This document shows positions 12,207 through 25,994 of a stretch of DNA of 64,000 nucleotides, in pieces; position 1 is the first letter of the stretch, and the number at the start of each line of letters is the position of its first letter. Both the position numbers and the translations under genes were made by a program. Source of the stretch: the human T2T-CHM13v2.0 reference genome, Homo sapiens; the NCBI RefSeq assembly GCF_009914755.1, contig NC_060925.1. One strand, 5' to 3'. Below the pieces are notes generated by a model. It saw only the letters and a list, made by a program, of their open reading frames with translations, searched no databases and was not told the origin of the DNA.

Positions 12207-15200
12207 TTACTGTTCATTCGGAGGCAAAAACATCATATGTGTTAGCATTTGTTAATTCTGAATGGTAGATATCCGGGTGTTTGTTACTTTTGGTCTTTTA
12301 CATCCTGTAATTTAAAAAAATTACAACTAAATAATTGAAAAAACAATAATACTTCAGGGAGTTGTTTTGATAAATGGATTTTAGGTCAACAGCCCTACAA
12401 ACATTCTCAGCTGAACATTCAGCAGCTTAACAGTGGGCTTTCTGGAGCAAGCCAAGGCCCCTAAAGATGCCATTTTGCAGAAGCAGATGGGCAGATATGT
12501 ACTGCCCAAACATTTAGCATATGCTTCTCTGCGGAGATCAGAAAATGCTCTTCAGGTGTCATTTTTGCATGGCCTTAGTTAAAGAAGTAGGCGATGGTTA
12601 TTAATCTCCCAGAGTATCATCATTTGTCCTATATGAATTTGTCTACTGTAGCTGTTCCAGTACTCTCTTAAACTTTTTAAGAAGCCAGATACACTAACTC
12701 TTGAACGTGCTCTTAATTAGGTTTAATTATTCATATTTTCCTTTTTAGATAGGCGATATTAATTGTAAAAATTTAATTCATAAATCAATTAAAATGATAT
12801 CTATTACTGAATGTGCAAATTATATTAACACAATATCTTTATTTCTATTTATGGAAAAAATTGATTTAAAGAAACCCCACATGTTGCTAACGTTGTCATG
12901 ATGATATACTCTCCCTATTACTGGTGATGATAATGATGGCGTTCACTCTCACAGTCTCCATGATTTTTGTTTGAGAAAAGAGAAGTACCAAATGTGTACC
13001 AACAGCAGTTTTCAGTTAAGGAAACGTTCCTCTCATTAGCCCAAATCTGAGAGGAGTTGGGAAGAGGCATTTTCAGGGAACAGGATAGTGTAATTCTCAT
13101 TTAGTTAAAAAAATAACATAAACCATAATTCTTCATGGTGTTTCCCTATCTATCCTTTCTATTTTGCTGTTCCCTCATTAATGTTGACTGTGAAATGTAT
13201 TGACTCTGCTAATTAAAAGGGAAAGGAATTGTAGGCTTACTTAATATAATTTAAGAATGTATCATTCATTTTAATTATATAGAGATCTATTAAATGTATA
13301 TAGAGATGTGTTCTTTGATAGGAAAGTTATATAGAATGTATTTTATTAAACCAGCATCACCCAATTCCTCAAACAAAATGAAATTCCTTAATGCTTTTTC
13401 AGTTCACAGAAATTCCGAGAAACAGGTCATGAATGGCAGTCCAGCACAATCCTACACAAAAATAACATTGTACTATTTAACAAGCTAATCCCATTAACAT
13501 TTTGGCTTCTTAAACAGTTCCAAATGTGAAAAACCTAGGCAGAAGTCCACAGAATGAAAAGACAAATGCAGGTGAAATTGCATAGAAACTGGAAGGCATA
13601 ATGTGGCAAGTTTATACTAATAATTTATGACTTTGCCTCCTTAGAAAATACATATTAGAAAATTTTTAAGACAAATGAGTTTCTTGCAATTATTGTTGTC
13701 CAACTATTCTACATTTGCAACTTTGTGATATTTTTGTTAGATAAATATTTGAAATCATTTTTCAAAATTTTAATTGGTTGAGTTTTGTTCATACTTTTAA
13801 TGATTTCCAGTTGTATGACAATATGCTTAGATACGTAATTTTCTGCTTTTTAAAAATTCTTATTCCGTGATTTTCATCATTTCTAATTCTAGGAGATTAG
13901 TAAATCACACTTTCATTAAGAGCTCATTTGTAGTATCTAGAAATGCTGGAATTTAACTAGAAAGTTCTACAGTATTTGGAAACCTTAGTTAAATAATCCA
14001 GCAAAGAAACAATATCAACAATATTTATAATATACATTTAAACAAACATTTCAATTATGCTACACCCCAACTACTAAATACATCTTATATAAAAAGACAC
14101 TATAACCAGTATTAATCCACATTAATTCTATTCATTGAGAATTCTATAAATAAAACTTATTTTAGTAACACCTGAAAATATAACTAAAATTCTATAAGAG
14201 AAAATCATATTACAGGAGTCAAGGAGTTTTCCAGATATGCACTATCACAATATTTAAGATTATATTTGGATTTGATTTTCACTTCAAATTTAAGAACAAA
14301 TTATCACCAAAGGCCTAAATTTAACTAAGGTTATATATATCAAGCATCAATTGTTTCCTTTGATAGATGTTTTCTGATTGCCAATTGTCCTACTAAACAA
14401 ATCAGTTTTTCGCTCAGTGAAAACACCACTTACTACTTTGTTGTGAGTGGGACACACTGATTTTGCTTTTAGACTATTCACGGTTTCAATTACTCCTAAC
14501 ATATAATAATAATAATCATAATAAATAGTAATATTACTAATACTACTACTAATATTTGTCAGCTGTAGTAACAAGCTCCAAATATCAATGACTTAAGACA
14601 ACAGAGATTTATGTCTTTCTCATGTTATATTCATCATGGTTGGCTACTGGTCTTCTTCAATTACTTTAATTCTGACTCTCACAGTAAGAAATTCTTATCT
14701 AGAACATTCCACCCTCAAGTTTAAGGAAAGGAAGCATTTGCTGGAAAGGGTGACGGCATGAAGATTCCAATATATGCCTTTTGGAGAACATATGCATGTA
14801 ATTTTGTGGGACATATACTATGGGGTAGAATTGTTGAATCATAGAGTAGCTATATAGGCTCAGTCTTAATAGATACTGCCAAATAGTTGTATGAGTGGCT
14901 GTAATATTTTATACCCTACTGACTCTGAATGAGTTTCCAAATTCTCACCTACATGTTATATTTTTCATCTTTCTAAATTGTTGTCATGGAAGCATAATAT
15001 CACATTCTGATTTTATTTTGCATTGCCCTAAAGATGATTAATGTGAGGTCGCTTTTCAGATATTTATTGGCATAACCTCTTTTGTGAAGTGTATATTCAA
15101 ATATTTTACACTTAAAAGATTGTGTTGGATGATTTTAGCTTATTGATTCATAGTAGTTTTAGTACATTATTTGTCTTTTGTTGTACATGTGCATTGATAA

Positions 15201-15675
15201 TGTTTTCTCATATTCAGTGAATTGCCTTTTCATTCTTGCAAGGATGTGCTTTAATAAACAGAGGTTTCCAATTTTAAAGCAGTCTCATTTACCAATTTTT
15301 AGTCATATTTATCAATCTCATGTCATGATTAAAAAATATTTGCTTTTCCTATCACAAAGATGTTTTTCAGTGTTTCCTTCTACAACTTTGTTTTACTTTG
15401 CATATTTGCATCTGAAATATATCTGGAATTGATTTTTGTGTATGGTATGAGGTAGGGGTAAAAAGATTCCATATGGATATCTAATTTATCATGTACAATT
15501 CCTTGAGAAGATCATTATTTTCCCTACTTCAGTGGAATAGTCTTTTTCTCTCAAATTAGGTGACTACATATAATCTGTTTTTGGATTCTCCATTTGTTCT
15601 AGTGATCTATTTTTCTATTTTAAAAACTGACTCCATACTGCATTATTAATCATAAATATGTTTGATATGTCTTCT

Positions 15676-16456
15676 TGTTACCGGGGGTCCTTGCTCCCAG
15701 AGCTCCTAACATGGTGGTGGGCCACTTCCAAAATGGCGGCAGGCCACTTCCAAGATGGTGGCAAGCCTCGTGTTCTCTGACCTGGGGTTCTTGGCCTTGT
15801 GGATTCCAAGGAATGGAATCTTGGGCCATGCGGTGAGTGTTATAGCTCTATTAGAAGTTGTGGGTCATGGAAGAGAACCGTGGAACCCAGTGACTAGTGT
15901 TCAGCTTGATTAGGACGAACCCAGGCACTTAGCCATGCAGGAACAATGGCAAGCCTTTAGCCTGATCGGGAGCGGCAATGGGTGCCTCGCTGGATCAGGA
16001 GCACAGCAGACACCTTGCTGGATCCGGAGGGATGGAAGTCAGCAATGGGTCTGCGACGGCGGCAAAACAGCAGTGGTGGACAGCGAGCAAAAGCTCAGCT
16101 TGAGCCGTAACAAACATGGACCAGACGAGTGCAGTTGCAAGATTTAATAGAGTGAAATAGGGTGAAAACAGAGCTCCCATACAAGCGGAGGGGACCCAAA
16201 GGGGGTTGTTGTTGCCGGCTCGAATGCCTGGGTTTATATCTCGATCCTTGTCCCTCCTGCTGTGCTCTCAGGCAATAGATGATTGGCTATTTCTTTACCT
16301 CCTGTTTTTTCCTCATTAGCATTTTAGTGAGCTCTCTGATTGGTCAGGTGTGAGCTAAGTTGCAAGCCCTGTGTTTAAAGGTGGATGCGGTCACCTTCCC
16401 AGCTAGGCTTAGGGATTCTTAGTCAGCCTAGGAAATCCAGCTAGTCCTGTCTCTCA
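15676..16456 (-). mobile_element. LTR17 (HERV-W) full-length solo LTR
   Basis: Reverse complement starts TGAGAGACAGGACTAGCTGGATTTCCTAGG and ends GGACCCCCGGTAACA; 781 bp; 4-bp TSD TTCT (15672-15675 / 16457-16460). Confidence 0.95.
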
Positions 16457-18233
16457 TTCTTATATAGTATTTTAAATATTTCCTGTATAAATTTCCTGTT
16501 GCTGCTGTAACAAAGTGCCACAAATGTAGTAGCTTAAAATAACACAAGTTTGAGAGGGACATCAGCAAGATGACAGAGCAAAAAATTGCAGCCCTTTTCC
16601 CTCATAGAAATACTGATTTAACAACAACATATGAACCAAAATACCTTGATGAGAATTCCATAACCTAGTTAAGAATTTGCAGTACTGTAGGCGAGAACAA
16701 ATCGAAAACAACAGAACTAAAATGGGTAGAAGAGCAATTTCACATTACCACCACAGCCCATTCCCCAAGGTGAAACACCTCAGTGCTGAGAGAGAAAGCC
16801 CTACCAGTAACTACTCCTCAGGGTGGGGGTTGGGAGGGTCATGTGTCCAACCTCCTGCCTATTAGAGTGCTGCCTTAGAAACTAGTTTTTGTCTCACCTC
16901 ACTTGAAGCACTAACCAAACTGGAATAGTTCAGATGCCTGGGTACCACTGAGAACAAAAGGAAGCAAAAGCGGCTTACTGTGGTTGGCAGAGCTTTGTGC
17001 AACCGAGAGAAGGAACAACACGGGAGGAGTCTACCCAAGAGTACGAGGAGTAGAGTTTGCATCCAATATTTCACTTTTGTCAGAGAATTTTCCTTGGGAT
17101 GAAAAGGTGGTTCAACATACAAAAATAAATCAATGTGAGAATTGGAGAAAACGACAGATAGGAGGCAAGACTAACTTGCAGCTCCTATTTGGATAAACAG
17201 AGCAGCCTGTGGAGACTCACATCATGAACTTTTGCTCCAAGAACTACCATAGGAACATACCAGGAAAGCTGAGAGAATCCACAGATACTTTGAAGGAAGT
17301 GGATTGCTGCTGCAGCCTCCAGGAGACAGCTGAAAAGCTGTGAGTGCTCAAAGTGTGGAAAGTATGAAAGGGGGATTATCTACCCCTGAACACACATTGT
17401 CACTAGGGAACCTGAAAGTCCAGATCATGGAAGAAGGATTTGATCTTACCTGCAGCTGAGATAAATTTAGAGAGCCAAGTGAAATACAGGCGTAGAGAAA
17501 GCAGTTGGGAAGCAGTGCAGACATTCCTAGTCCCCAGGGAAGCTATTTCTGACTTTGTCTCAAGACAGGTCCTTTGGGGAAGGCTGCAAGTGGAATTGGA
17601 GAAAGACCACAGGGAGAAGGAAACTTCCAGTTGAACTTTGTAACAATTTCAATGGAACGTGACGTTTCCTGGACAGAACTCAGAAAAGAGGGCAAACCAG
17701 TTTTGTAGACATGAGCACAGAAGCTGTGGGAGATGTGCAACCAGAAATTCCTGATTGCTTTCCCAGTGGGGAGGCTGGTAGCCTAAAGCAAGGTCTCAGC
17801 CCTGCTCACTGGCTGCCTTGAAATAAATTCTGTGCTGCTGGGGAGTGTCGGTGGGGGGTGGGCACAGGGGGAGGTGGGTATGATGAGAGTGAGACCAGTC
17901 TTTACAGCTGCATGGGAGCTGGGTGAGGCCTGGCTTTTTCCCATTTCCCTAGTGACAGGCATGATGCAGCAGAGGCAGCCATAATCCCCCTGGGAAGATA
18001 ACTCAATTGACCTGAGAACCACACCCCTATCCCCCACAGGAGCCACGGCAAGCCCCACCCAAGAAGAGTCTGAGCTCAGACACACTTAAGCCTGCCCTGA
18101 CCTGATGGTCCTTCTCTAGCAGCCCTGGTAGCTGAAGACAAAAGAAACAATCTCTTGGAAGCTCTATGGCCCTGCCTGCCACTTGAGAAACCCGAGGTCT
18201 TCCCAGATCTTCCCTCTGACATAGTCTACCCGA

Positions 18234-19230
18234 ATGAGAAGGAACCAGAAAAGCAATTCTGGTAATATAACAAAACAACATTCTTTCATTCTTTAATACC
18301 CCAAAACATACTAGCTCACCAGCAATGCATCGAACCAGGAAGAAATCTCTGAATTCCCAGAAAAAGAATTCAGAAGGTCAATTATTAAGCTACTTAAGGA
18401 AGCACCAGAGAAAGGTGAATATGAACTTAAAGAAATTTTTTAAATGTTACAGAGTACGGATGGAAAATTCTTCAGAGAAATAGATAGCATAAATAAAAAA
18501 CAATCACAACTTGTGGAAATAAAAGATACACTTAGAGAAACACAAAATACACTAGAAAGTTTCAGCAATGGAATTAAATGAGTAGAAGAAAATAATTCAG
18601 AGCCTGAAAACAGAGCTTTTGAATTAACCCAATCCAACAAAGACAAAGAAAAAAGAACAACAAAAAAATGAACAAAGCCTCCAAGAAGTCTGGAATTATG
18701 TTAAATGACCAAACTCTAAGAATCACTGGTGTTCCCAAGGAAGAAGATAAATCCAACACTTTGGAAAACATATTTGAGGGAATTATTGAGGAAAACTTCC
18801 CTGGCCTTGCTAGAGATCTGGACATCCAAATACAAGAAGTTCAAAGAACTCCTGGGAAATTCATCACAAAACTATCATTGCCTATGCACACAGTCATCAG
18901 GTTATCTAAAGTCAAGACAAAGGAAAGAATCCTAAAAGCTATGAGACAAAAGCACTATGTGACCTATAAAAAAAATTTATCAGATTAGGTTTAGTAGATT
19001 TCTTGGCAGAAACCCTACAAGCTAGAAGGGATAGGGGTTCTATCTTTAGCCTCATTAAAACAAAACAATTATCAGCCAAGAATTTTGTATTCAGCAAAAC
19101 TAAGCTTCATAAATGAAGGAAAAATACAGTCTTTTTCAGACAAACAAATGCTGACAGAATTTGCCATCACTAAGCCAGCACTAAAAGAACTGCTAAAAGG
19201 ACCTCTAAATCTAGAAACAAATCCTCAAAA
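18234..19230 (+). pseudogene. L1 ORF1p remnant (frameshifts and stops)
   Basis: ORF 18668-18988 LRITGVPKEE...LENIFEGIIEENFPGLARDLDIQIQEVQRTP is ORF1p RRM-like. Confidence 0.85.
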
Positions 19231-20681
19231 TACACCAAAATAAAAGCTTCTTAAAGCACAAATCTCACAGGACCTATAAAACAAATACACAATGGAAAAA
19301 AAAAAACAAGGTATTCAGGCAACAAATAGCACAATGAACAGAATAGTACCTCACATCTCAATACTAACATTGAATGTAAGTAGCCTAAATTCTCCACTTA
19401 AAAAATACAGAATCGCAAAATTGATAAGAATTCACCAACCAAGTATCTGTTGTCTTCAAGAGACTCACCTGACACTTAAGGAGTCACGTAAACTTAAGGT
19501 AAAGGGGTGGAAAAAGATATTCCATGCAAATGAACATCAAAACCAAGCAGGAATAGCTCTTCCTATATTAGACAAAACAAACTTTAAAGCAGCAACAGTT
19601 AAAAAAGATAAAGAGGGACATTATAAAATGATAAAAGGACTTGTTCAACAGGAAAATATCACAATCCTGAATATGTATGCACCTAACACTGGAGCTCCCA
19701 AATTTATAAAACAATTACTACTAGACCTAAGAAATGAGATAGACAGCAACACAATAATAATGGGGGATTTCAATTCTCCACTGACAGCACTAGACAGGTC
19801 ATCAAGACAGAAAGTCAACAGAGAAACAATGAACTATACCCTAGAACAAAAGGACTTAATACAAATTTACAGAACATTCTACACAACTAAGAATATACAT
19901 TCTATTCATTAGCACATGGAACATTCTCCAAGGTAGACTGTATGAAAGACCACAGAACAAGTCTTAATAAATTAAAGAAAATAAAAATTATATCAGGTAC
20001 TCTCTCAGACCACATTGGAATAAAATTGGAAATCATCTCCATAAGGGAACCTCAAAACCATGCAAATACATGAAAATAAAATAACCTGCTCCTGAATAAT
20101 TGTTGGGCCAACCATTAGATCAAGATTGAAATTAAAAAATGCTTTGAACTGAAAGATAATACTGACACAAACTATCAAAACCTCTGGGATACAGCAAGGG
20201 TGGTGCTAATAGGAAAGTTGACAGAGTTAAATGCCTATATCAAAAAGCCTGAAAGAGAACAAATAGGCAAACTAATGTCACACCTCAAGGAACTAGAGAA
20301 ACAAGAAGAAACCAAACTCAAACCCAGTAGAAAAAAAGAAATAACAAAGATTAGAGCAGAACTAAATGAAATTGAAACAAACAAAACAATACAAAATAGA
20401 AATGAAACAAAAAGCTGGGACTTTGAAAAGATAAGTAAAATTGATACACCATTAGTGAGATTAACTAAGAAGAGGGAAGATATCCAAATAAGCTCAATTA
20501 TAAATGAAATGGGAGATATCACAACTGATACCACAGAAATACAAAAGATTATTCAAGTTATTCAAGGCCAGTATGAACACCTTTACATGCAAAAACTAGA
20601 AAACCTAGAGGAGATAAATAAATTCCTAGATATATACAACATTCCTAAATTAAACCAGAAAGAAATAGAACCTCTGAACAA

Positions 20682-20957
20682 GGACCGGTGCCATGGCTGA
20701 CACCTGTAATCCCAGCATTTTGAGAGGCAGAGGTGGGAGGATCACTAGAGTTCAGGAGTTTGACACCAGCCTGTGCAACATGGTGAAACCCCATCTCTAC
20801 TAAAAATACAAAAATTAGCTGTGCATGGTGGTGCATGCCTGCAGTCCCAGCCACTCAGGAGGCTGAGGCAGGAGGGTCACTTGAACCCAGGGAGCAGAGG
20901 TTGCAGTGAGCAGAGATCACACTATTGAACTCCAGCCTGGGCTTCACAGTGAGACTC

Positions 20958-20990
<33 letters not shown>
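20682..20990 (+). mobile_element. Alu (old, AluJ/early S-like) inside L1PB ORF2
   Basis: Two arms and A/GAAAA tail; TSD-like agaa[c/a]ctctgaa[c/t]a. Confidence 0.93.
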
Positions 20991-20992
<2 letters not shown>

Positions 20993-23223
20993 GAAACTCT
21001 GAATAGTGCAATAACAAGCAGTGAGATTGAAATGGTGACTAAAACATTGTCAACAACAAAAAAAGCCCAGGACCAGATGGATTCACAGCTGAATTCTTTC
21101 AGACATTCAAAGAATTGGTACCTATCCTATTGACACTATTCCAAAAGACAGAGGAAGAGGGAATACGCCCTAAATTATTCTATGAAGCCAGTATCACCCT
21201 AATACCAAAACCGGGAAAGCACATAACAACAACAACAACAAAAGAATACTGCAGACCAAGATCCCTGATGAACATAAATGCAAAAATCCTCAACAAAATA
21301 CTAGCTAACTAAATCCAACAGTGTATCAAAAAGATAATCCACCACGATCAAGTGGGTTTCATACCAGGGATACAGGGATGGTTTAATATACACAAGTCAA
21401 TAAATGTGATATGCCACATAAACAGAATTAAAAACAAAAATTACATGTTCATCTCAACAGCCACAGAAAAAGCGTTTGATAAAATTCAGTATCCCTTTAT
21501 GATTAAAACTCTCTGCAAAATCAGCATAGAAGGGGCATATATTTATAAAAGCCATCCATGAAAAACCTACATCCAACATTATACTGAACTGGAAAAAGAT
21601 GAAAGCATTCTCCATGAGAACTGGACCAAGACAAGGATGCCCACGTTCACCACTTCTATTCAATTTACTACTAGAAGTCTTAGCCAGAGCAATCAGACAA
21701 GAGAAAGAATAAATTGCACTCGTATTGGTAAAGAGGAAGTCAAACTGTCACTGTTTGCTGATGATATGACTATATATCTAGAAAACTCTAAAGACTCATC
21801 AAAAAAGCTTCTAGAACTGATGAATAAATTCAGCAAAGTTTCAGGATACAAAATTCATGTACACAAATGAGTAGCACTGCCTTGCACCAACAATGACCAA
21901 GCTGACAATCAAATCAAGAACTCAGACCCTTTAACAATACCTCCAAAAAAATAAAATACTTAGGAATATATCTAACCGAGGAGGTGAAAGAACTCTACAA
22001 GGAAAACTGCAAAACACTGCTGAAGGAAATCATACAAGACACAAACAAATGGAAACACATCCCATGCTCATGGATGGGTAGAATCAATATTGTGAAAATG
22101 AACATACTTCCAAAAGCAATCTACAAATTCAATGCAATTATCATCAAAATACCACCATTTTTCACAGAATTAGAAAAAATTATCCTACAATTCATATGGA
22201 ACCAAAAGAGAACCCACATAGCCAAAGCAACACTAAGCAAAAAGAGCAAATCTGGAAGCATCACATTACCTGACTTCAAACTATACTATAAGGCCATAAT
22301 CACCCAAATAGCATAGTACTGATATAAAAATAGGCACATAGACCAATGGAACAGAACACTTAAATAAAGCCAAATATTTACTGCCAACTGAACTTCAACA
22401 AAGCAAACAAAAGCATAAAGTGGGGAAAGGACACCCTATTCAACAAATGGTACTGGGATAATTGGCAAGCCACATGTTGAAAAATAAAACTGGATGTTCA
22501 TCTCTCACCTTATATAAAAATCAACTCAAGATTGATAAAAGACTTAAGTCTAAGACCTAAAACCATAAAAATTCTATAAGATAATATCGGAAAACACTTT
22601 TGTAGTCATTGGCTTAGGTAAAGACTTCATGACCAAGAACCTAAAAGCAAATGCAACAAAAACAAAGATAAATAGATGGGACTTAACTAAACTAAAAAGC
22701 TTCTGCACAGCAAAAGAAACACAGCAGAGTAAACAGACAACCCACAGAATGGGAGAAAATCTTCACAATCTATACATCCAACAAAGGACAAATATCCAGA
22801 ATCTACAACAAACTCAAACAAATCAGCAAGAAAAAATACAAACAATCCCATAAAAAAGTGGGCTAAGGACATGAATAGACAATTCTCAAAGAAGATATAC
22901 AAACAGCCAACAAACACATGGAAAAACGCTCAACATCACTAATAATCAGGGAAATGCAAATCAAAACCACAATGTGACACCACCTTACTGCTCCAAGAAT
23001 GGCCATAATCAAAAAAATCAGAAATAATAGATGTTGTTGTGGATGTGGTGAAAAGAGGATACTTTTACACTGCTGGTGGGAATGTAAACTAGTTCAACCA
23101 CTGTGGAAAACAGCGTGGAGATTTCTTAAAGAACTAAAAGTAGATCTACCATTTGATTAGTAGTAGCAATTCTACTACTGGGTATCTACCCAGAGGAAAA
23201 GAAGTCATTATACAAAAAAGATG

Positions 23224-23303
23224 TTAGGTTGGTGCAAAAGTAATTATGGTTTTGACCACTACTTTTAATGGCAAAAACCACAATTACTTTTGCACCACCC
23301 TAA
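23224..23303. mobile_element. MADE1 (Hsmar1-derived 80-bp MITE, near-palindrome)
   Basis: ttaggttggtgcaaaagtaatt...aattacttttgcaccaccctaa|TA; exactly 80 bp; interrupts L1 text 'aaaaagaTActtgcaca'. Confidence 0.95.
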
Positions 23304-23402
23304 TACTTGCACATGCATGTTTATAGCAGCACAATTTGCAGTTGCAAAAATATGGAACCAGCCCAAATACCTATCAATCAATGAGTGGATAAGGAATATG
23401 TG

Positions 23403-23404
<2 letters not shown>

Positions 23405-23443
<39 letters not shown>
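23405..23443. repeat. (CA)n microsatellite inside the L1 3' region
   Basis: About 19 uninterrupted AC units. Confidence 0.95.
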
Positions 23444-23445
<2 letters not shown>

Positions 23446-25223
23446 ATGGAATACTATTCAGTCATAAAAAGGAATGAAATAGTGGTATTCACATCTGAAC
23501 AGTTGGAGACCATTATTCTAAGTGAAGTAACTTGGGAATGGAAAACCAAACACCATATTTTCTCATTCATAAGTGGGAGATAAGCTATGAGGATGCAAAG
23601 ACATAAGAATAATACAATAGACTTTGGGGACTTGAGGGAAAGGGTGGGAGTGGGGTGAAGGATAAAAGACTACACTGCTCAGGTGATGGGTGCACCAAAA
23701 TCTCAGCAATCACCAGTGAAGAAATTACTCATGTAACCAAACACCACCTGTTCCCCCAAAACCTACTGAAATTAAAAAAAAAAAAACTTCAGACCAAAAC
23801 TAAATAAAAATCAACTTCCAATAAATAAATAAATAAATGTGATACATCATATTAAGAGAATGAAGGATAAATATCACATGGTCATTCCAATAGATGCAGA
23901 AAAGTTGTTTGACAAGATTCAATGCCCATTATGATAAAAACACTCAACAAAGTAGAAATAGAAGGAAACTACTTCAACCTAATAAAGTCTATGAAAAATT
24001 CATAGCTAGTGTCAAAAGTGAAAAACCAAAAGCTTTTCTTCTAAGACCAGAAACAAAGCAAAAATGTCTACTGTAGCAACTTCTATTCAACATAGTACTG
24101 AAAGTCCTGACCAGAGCAATAGTAAATAAAAGAAAATAAAAGACATACAAATCAGAAAGGAACAAATAAAATAATATGTTTACCCATGATATAATATTAT
24201 GCATAGAACACCTAATGATTTCATTAAAATTAACTTGTTAGAACTAATAAGTAAATTCAGTAAAATTGTCATATCCACAATCAACTCACAAAAAAGTTTT
24301 GTTTGTATACACTTGCAACTATCTGAAAAGACAATAGAGAAAACTATCCCATTCACAATAATATAAAACAGTTAGGAATAAAAATAGGGAGATGAAAGAG
24401 TTGAAAACAACAAAACATTGCATAAAAAAACAAGACACAGATAAATGCAAAGGTATCCCATGTTCATATCACTGTTTTATAGAAATATTAAAAAGTTCTA
24501 AACTTTACATAGAACACAAAGGACTCTGAATAGACAAAACGATCTTGAGAAAGAAAAAAAAAGCTGAATTATTCACACTTCCTGATTTCCAAATATGTCA
24601 GAAAGCTACAGTAATCAAAACAGTATGGTACTGGCATAAAGGCAAGCATATAGACCAATGGAGCAGAAGAAAGTCCAAAAATAAACCCATGCATAAATGG
24701 TCAATTGATCTTCAACAGGTTTGCCAAAAATACACAGTAGGAAAAGGATTGTCTCTTCAAAAAATTGTGTTGAAAAACTGGATGTACAAATGCAAAGAAA
24801 TTAAATAGAATTATTATCTTACACTATATTAAAAATTAACTCAAAATGAATTAAATACTCAAACCTAATACCTGAAACTGTAGAACTAAAAGAAAATATA
24901 TGGGAAAAGTTTCATTTAATTGTTCTTGGCAATGATTTCCTGAATGTGACACCAAAAGTAAAGGCAACACAATTAAATATAAACAAGTGCAACTATATTT
25001 AACTAAAAATCTTCTTTATGTACAGCAAGGAAAACAATCATGAGAGTTAAAAGGCAACCTACAGAATGGGAAAAATATTTGCAGACCACATATCTGATAA
25101 AGGATTAATATCCAAAATATATAAGAAACTCTTACAACTCAATAGCAAAAACAAATAATCAAATTAACAAATGAACATAGAACTTCAAAAGAGTTTTCTT
25201 CAAAGACAACATACAAATGGCCA

Positions 25224-25551
<328 letters not shown>

Positions 25552-25575
25552 TTATGTAAAAATGATCAACATCAC

Positions 25576-25994
25576 AGTGTTAGTCCATTCTTGCATTGCT
25601 ATAAAGATATACTTGAGGCTGGGTAGTTCATTAAGAAAAGAGGTTTAATTGGGTCATGGTTTTGCAGGGTGTACAGGAAGCATGGCTCTGGCATCTTCTG
25701 ATGAGGACTCCAGGAGTGTTTACTCATGGGGAAGCTGAAGTGAGAGCTGGAATGTCATATGGCAAGAGAGGTACCACAATATAGATAAGTGGGAGGTCCG
25801 AAACTCTTTTAAACAATCTGATTGTGCATGAACTAACTGAGCAAGAACTCACTTATCACCAAGGGGATGGGGCTAAACCATTCATAAAATATCTGCCCCC
25901 ATGATCCAAGCACCTTCCACTAGGCCCCATATCCAACATCGAAAATCACATTTCAGCATGAGATTTGGAAGGGATGAACATTCAAACCATACCA
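25576..25994 (-). mobile_element. MST (MSTB-like) MaLR solo LTR
   Basis: ttagtccattcttgcattgctataaag...cattcaaaccatacca; 5-bp TSD ATCAC. Confidence 0.88.

Larger units (their letters stand above)
19334..23400 (+). pseudogene. L1 ORF2p remnant (endonuclease plus reverse transcriptase), broken
   Basis: EN motifs ILTLNV, CCLQETHL, NMYAPN, GDFNSPL in 19334-19912; RT motif LSLFADDM in ORF 21637-21870; multiple stops plus Alu and MADE1 insertions. Confidence 0.92.
17139..23826 (+). mobile_element. Near full-length L1PB-type (L1PB1-like) LINE-1, inactivated
   Basis: L1PB-type 5'UTR (gactaacttgcagctcc...ggagactcacatc), ORF1 and ORF2 remnants, 3'UTR 'gggtgcaccaaaatctcag...catgtaaccaaacaccacctg', poly(A); 16-bp TSD aaataaat[c/a]aatgtga (17123-17138 / 23827-23842). 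Confidence 0.92.

Noticed and set aside
19292-19912. 206-aa ORF as a functional endonuclease gene
   Set aside because: It is an L1 ORF2 EN remnant that stops before the C-terminal catalytic residues; the rest of ORF2 is broken
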